Assembly: GCA_018396535.1 (NCBI GenBank)
Contig: JAGTQC010000003.1
Coordinates: 64,001-128,000 of the forward strand
DNA: 64,000 nt
Direction of reading: 5' to 3'
DNA from: Candidatus Bathyarchaeota archaeon
GTDB taxonomy: Archaea > Thermoproteota > CALKCG01 > B24 > DRYS01
Shown in pieces: positions 59,860-64,000 of the stretch (positions are counted from its first letter, which is position 1; each line of letters opens with the position of its first letter). Under the pieces are notes generated by a model. It was not told where the DNA came from. It made no database searches and saw only the letters and a program-made list of their open reading frames with translations. The position numbers were made by a program, and so were the translations under genes.

Positions 59860-60384
59860 TCACTGTTTAAGCTTCTCTAACGTATAGTATCTAGCTATAT
59901 ATACGATCTCATCACCTCGATATAGGTCTCTTATAACGGCTTCCTCTCTAGCTCCTAGAACATTCTCATATAATCTACGAGCAGCTTCATTCGAAGAACT
60001 CGAGGATACTAGGATTAGTTTAAGCCTAGATCTAGGTTGACGTTCATCTAGATATATCTTAAGATAGCCTAACGAATCCTCTATAAGTCTACGACCTACA
60101 CCTAGCCTTCTAAACTCCGGATCAACAGCTATCTGCTCCAGCTCCCAGACGGATTCCTCTCTAAACCCACCCTTCTCAACCCAGAGTATATAACCGATAA
60201 CCCTCCCCCTATACAATGCTACGAAATACTGCATCCTAGGATAAGCTTTCATATTACATTCAAACCAGCGTTTAACGAGATCTTCACTACGCATCCCTTT
60301 GAAGGATGATAGGTATATCCTAACTACATCATCGATATCATTCTGCTCCATAGGTTTAACATAGATTTCAACTACTCCACTCAT
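59860..60384 (-). CDS. GNAT N-acetyltransferase
   Basis: ELEQIAVDPEFRRLGVG, N.AARRLY. Confidence 0.88.
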   Translation of the reverse strand: MSGVVEIYVKPMEQNDIDDVVRIYLSSFKGMRSEDLVKRWFECNMKAYPRMQYFVALYRGRVIGYILWVEKGGFREESVWELEQIAVDPEFRRLGVGRRLIEDSLGYLKIYLDERQPRSRLKLILVSSSSSNEAARRLYENVLGAREEAVIRDLYRGDEIVYIARYYTLEKLKQ

Positions 60385-60539
60385 ATCGATTACTAAATTT
60401 TACTATATAAAATTTAAACTATTCTCAAAATCTAATTTTGATATATAACTATTCCTTTATAAAATGTATGGAGGTATACTGAAAATACTCTTTAATAGTT
60501 AAAAAATATTTTAAGTATATGGTTAGCTCGGTAATATTC

Positions 60540-61610
60540 CTAGACTAGCTTCACATCCTCGTTACCAACCCTAACCTTTATAGAAACCTCCCCCTCGTAT
60601 ACTCTACCGATAATCCATGCTTTAATCCCCATCTTCTCACAGAAGTCTACTATATCCTCAGCTTCACTCTTAGGTGCTATCGTACAGAAGCCTACACCCA
60701 TATTGAAGGTACGGTACATCTCCCTATCGCTTACACCCCCCAACTCCTGTATTAGTTTAAAGATAGGTGGGGGTTTAGGCATAGAATCTAGATAGAAGCC
60801 TACTCTAGCTATTCGTGCTAATCTTATAAGCTTACTGAAAGCTCCACCAGTTATATGAGCTAATCCGTGAACTTCATATCTCTTCAATACATCGAGGATA
60901 GGTTTAACATAGATCCTTGTAGGTTTTAGCAACTCCTCACCTATACTACACCCGATTTCATCTAGATAATCATCGATTCTATACCTAGATAGGAGTATTC
61001 TCCTAGCTAGGGTTAACCCGTTGGAGTGTATACCACTACTAGCTAACCCTACGATACAATCTCCGATACCGATCCTATCCCCATAAACGATTTTATCTCT
61101 ATCCACAACTCCTATACACATAGCTGCTAGATCGAATCCGTAACCATCTCTAACACCTTTAACGATATCCTTCATCACAGCTGTCTCCCCACCTACTATA
61201 GCTACTCCAGCCTCCTCCGCTCCCTTAGCTAAGCCCTCCATTATAGGTACTACTAGATCCTCTCTAGGCTCCTCGACTACTAGATAATCTACTAAAGCTA
61301 CGGGTTCAGCTCCTATACATATAACATCGTTTACACACATAGCTACACAATCCACTCCTATAGTATCGTATCTACCCATCATCTGAGCTACGAGGATCTT
61401 AGTACCGACGCCGTCGACGTGCATCGCTAACGCTTTACCCCCACCGATATCTATGAGACCAGCATAATGCCCCACCTCTATCAATACCTCACCCCACCTA
61501 CCTCTCCTAGTTTTAAACGTCCTCTCCGCTATCCAAGCTATACGTCTATGAATCTCAGCTACCCTATCCACATCTACACCTGCTTCCCTATAACTTCTAG
61601 GTATACCCAT
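60540..61610 (-). CDS. purM: AIR synthase
   Basis: YREAGVD, DGVGTK, GGETA, SSGIHSNG, HITGG, TFNMG. ATG at 61610 has an SD. Confidence 0.96.
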   Translation of the reverse strand: MGIPRSYREAGVDVDRVAEIHRRIAWIAERTFKTRRGRWGEVLIEVGHYAGLIDIGGGKALAMHVDGVGTKILVAQMMGRYDTIGVDCVAMCVNDVICIGAEPVALVDYLVVEEPREDLVVPIMEGLAKGAEEAGVAIVGGETAVMKDIVKGVRDGYGFDLAAMCIGVVDRDKIVYGDRIGIGDCIVGLASSGIHSNGLTLARRILLSRYRIDDYLDEIGCSIGEELLKPTRIYVKPILDVLKRYEVHGLAHITGGAFSKLIRLARIARVGFYLDSMPKPPPIFKLIQELGGVSDREMYRTFNMGVGFCTIAPKSEAEDIVDFCEKMGIKAWIIGRVYEGEVSIKVRVGNEDVKLV

Positions 61611-61614
61611 ATCC

Positions 61615-62475
61615 TCACCTAAACTTCTCACCTGTAAGCCTTTCGTAAGCTTCTATATACCTTCTACTAACCTCTTCTATAAGCTCTCTAGGTAGGCTTG
61701 GAGGTTCAGGTATCGGATCCCCCCTCCTCCTAGCTTCCTCTAACCTCCTTCTATACCCTACCCTATCAAGCCAATCTCTAACAGGCTGTTTATCAAAGCT
61801 ATCCTGTAGGCGTCCCGGAGCGTAGCTAGATTTAACCCATAACCTAAACTCATCTGGACCTATAGAATCGCCTAGGATAATACTATCGCCATACCTACCA
61901 AACTCGATCTTCAAATCTGCGAGTATAAACCCAGCTTCCTCAGCCCTCCTATTCATAACTTCGTATATAGCTATAGATAGATCCTCTAACATATCATACT
62001 CAGAAGATGTAACCCATCCTCTAGCTATAGCCTCCCCCCTGGTTATAGGCCTATCCTTCTCTTCAAACTTAGTCGTAGGATCCAGTATCGGTTCAGGAAG
62101 TCTAGCTGCTAGTACCGGCTCTACAGGTAGATTAACCTCCCCTCTCAGCATCCTCTCATATAGGCTTCCATAGATGTAGCCGCGGACGATAAACTCTATA
62201 GGTATCATATCTAACCTCTTCACAACCATACAGTTAGGAGGCTCGATCCATAGCATATGATGCTTCACTCCAACCCTATCCTCTAGGTATCTAAACCAGA
62301 ATGCAGCCATCCGACATAGTACCTCACCCTTAAACGGTACGATAGAAGGTAGTACTATATCGAAGGCTGAAATCCTATCGCTAAAATAGAATAGTAGCCT
62401 ATCGCTATCTACAAGATAGATATCCTTAACCTTCCCCTTCTTAACCAGCTTAAACATCGATAGATCGAAACTCAT
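61615..62475 (-). CDS. purC: SAICAR synthase
   Basis: GKVKDIY, SDRISAFD, E.IVRGY, DLKIEFG, SFDKQ. Confidence 0.96.
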   Translation of the reverse strand: MSFDLSMFKLVKKGKVKDIYLVDSDRLLFYFSDRISAFDIVLPSIVPFKGEVLCRMAAFWFRYLEDRVGVKHHMLWIEPPNCMVVKRLDMIPIEFIVRGYIYGSLYERMLRGEVNLPVEPVLAARLPEPILDPTTKFEEKDRPITRGEAIARGWVTSSEYDMLEDLSIAIYEVMNRRAEEAGFILADLKIEFGRYGDSIILGDSIGPDEFRLWVKSSYAPGRLQDSFDKQPVRDWLDRVGYRRRLEEARRRGDPIPEPPSLPRELIEEVSRRYIEAYERLTGEKFR

Positions 62476-62486
62476 AGCAAAACCTC

Positions 62487-62975
62487 CTAGACAGCTTCTA
62501 AAGCTTTAGCATCCTCCTCAACCCTACGTTTAAGATTAACCCTATACTGTATAAGCCTCTCCCTAACATCAGATCTAGATAAAGCTACTATCTCAGCTGC
62601 TAATACCGCTGCGTTAACAGAATTATCGACGCCTACACATGCTACAGGTATACCTGGAGGGGATTGGATAGAGGATAGGAGAGCATCCAAACCCATGAAG
62701 CTCCTATTCAACGGTAGCGAAATAACAGGTTTAATAGTATACGCGGCAATCAATCCGGGAAGCATAGCGGATAAACCAGCTATAGCGATAAATACTTTAA
62801 CACCGTTAGCATCAGCCTCCTCCACGATCTCCCTTACCCTATCTGGGTGACGATGAGCTGAGGCTACTGTCAACAAGTATTTCACACCCAGCTCCCTTAA
62901 TATTCTACATACCGCTTCCCCATACTCTCTATCAGATAGACTACCCAGTACTACTAGAACATCCACATCATCCAA
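62487..62975 (-). CDS. purE: N5-CAIR mutase/AIR carboxylase
   Basis: GSLSD, SAHR, AGLSAMLPG, DALLSSIQSPPGIPV. Confidence 0.95.
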   Translation of the reverse strand: MDDVDVLVVLGSLSDREYGEAVCRILRELGVKYLLTVASAHRHPDRVREIVEEADANGVKVFIAIAGLSAMLPGLIAAYTIKPVISLPLNRSFMGLDALLSSIQSPPGIPVACVGVDNSVNAAVLAAEIVALSRSDVRERLIQYRVNLKRRVEEDAKALEAV

Positions 62976-63049
62976 GCTATATACACCCGGGAGGCTAATA
63001 GTTGAATACCTAGTTTAAAAATATTCGTGAAACCAGTATACGTTAAGCT

Positions 63050-63838
63050 TCATAATATATGAAGGTATGTATACTCTACAAGCGTCTTAAAGAATCTAAG
63101 ACAGTTATCCTCGAGTATGTTATCAAACCTGGTCCAGCTTGGATGTGTATATGGGTGGATATACTTCTCAGGATGAGGCATTAAACCTATTACATTACCA
63201 TCCCTATTACATATACCTGCTACATTATTCATCGAACCGTTAGGATTCCACCCCCTAGATATGCATCCACTAGGATCTACATACCTGAATACTATGTATC
63301 CATCATCTTCGAGTATATCAAGTATATCAGGTGGAGCTATGAACCTTCCCTCAGCATGATTTATAGGTGCATGGAGTATAGCTCCAGCTAGATCCTTCAA
63401 AGGTTTACAACGTGTAACTTCCTCACACCTAATATATACCCACCTATCTATGAAGAATCCCCCCTCGTTTAAAGCTAGAGTCGCTTCCTGCCTACTAAAT
63501 AACCCGCTCAAACCTGGTAGTAATCCTGCTTTAACTAAAGCTTGAAAACCATTACAAATCCCGAGTATAATCCTCCCCTCTGATACAATCCTCTCTATAG
63601 GCTTCCTAAGCCTATACTTAAGCTGGCATGCAAGTATCTTCCCAGCTCCGAGATCGTCTCCATAGCTAAACCCGCCAGGTATGCAGAATATATGATACTC
63701 ATCCAGGATTGACGGATCTTTTAAGAGACTATTTATATGCTTCACTTCTACTCGAGATCCAGCTTCTTCGAATGCTTCGATAGTCTCCTGATCACAGTTA
63801 GTACCCGGAGCTCTGAGTATAAGAGTCTTCACCTTCAT
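63050..63838 (-). CDS. purQ: FGAM synthase glutaminase subunit
   Basis: PGTNCD, PGGFSYGD, GICNGFQ, HAEG, MPHPE. ATG at 63838 preferred. Confidence 0.96.
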   Translation of the reverse strand: MKVKTLILRAPGTNCDQETIEAFEEAGSRVEVKHINSLLKDPSILDEYHIFCIPGGFSYGDDLGAGKILACQLKYRLRKPIERIVSEGRIILGICNGFQALVKAGLLPGLSGLFSRQEATLALNEGGFFIDRWVYIRCEEVTRCKPLKDLAGAILHAPINHAEGRFIAPPDILDILEDDGYIVFRYVDPSGCISRGWNPNGSMNNVAGICNRDGNVIGLMPHPEKYIHPYTHPSWTRFDNILEDNCLRFFKTLVEYTYLHIL

Positions 63839-63845
63839 AGATGCT

Positions 63846-64000
63846 TCACCAGTTGAAAGTGGATTTCCAAGCATCCTTCAAACTCCATATATCCTCCTCG
63901 TATACTCTACCGTTAACCCCATGAATTACAAGCCTCCCCTCTCTCGTAGTATACCCGATCCTCCTATATGGAAGATTATAGAATATCCTTTCGAAATAAT
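63846..64000 (-). CDS. purL: Probable C-terminal end of FGAM synthase PurL (partial)
   Basis: Open frame ...RRIGYTTREGRLVI...LKDAWKSTFNW* ending just before purQ. Confidence 0.7.
   Translation of the reverse strand, partial: YFERIFYNLPYRRIGYTTREGRLVIHGVNGRVYEEDIWSLKDAWKSTFNW

Noticed and set aside
60390-60539. Replication origin in an AT-rich spacer (also 15930-16170 and 20930-21060)
   Set aside because: No ORB-like boxes and no adjacent orc1/cdc6.

Overview
Gene-dense chromosomal window from a TACK-superphylum archaeon. Bathyarchaeia-like is my best guess from gene content (Cdv/ESCRT, Mer, Fno, UroD/MtaA-like, archaeal Cdc48, BRE/TATA promoters); this is not proven. It begins inside cdc48 and ends inside purL. 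Contents: three intron-less tRNAs (Ile2-CAU, His-GUG, Ala-CGC); a sugar-catabolism cluster (2.3-12.9 kb); a compositionally distinct patch after tRNA-Ala with a decayed gene and a surface Zn-phospholipase-C-like protein; a four-gene ESCRT-III/cdvA/cdvB/cdvC operon; fno, lhr, ard1, pyrE, aspS, mer; an apparent Thermotoga-type iolG-iolM-iolN-iolO inositol pathway; an ornithine-cyclodeaminase-like gene coupled to a motif-degenerate aspartokinase; a DUF2284 pseudogene; kae1/sua5/bud32; an Opp/Dpp ABC transporter; ABCE1; thiC; pur genes. Signals absent from the ORF track: a perfect 18-bp inverted repeat linking the cdvB translation-initiation region to its own linker-coding region; a 35-aa Glu/Trp micropeptide gene with its own promoter, SD and terminator upstream of ABCE1; a box C/D guide sRNA; a second candidate structured RNA; and nucleotide-identical patches between paralogous ATPase domains. 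No rRNA, CRISPR array, integrase or transposase was seen. Family assignments come from recognised motifs, not database searches.
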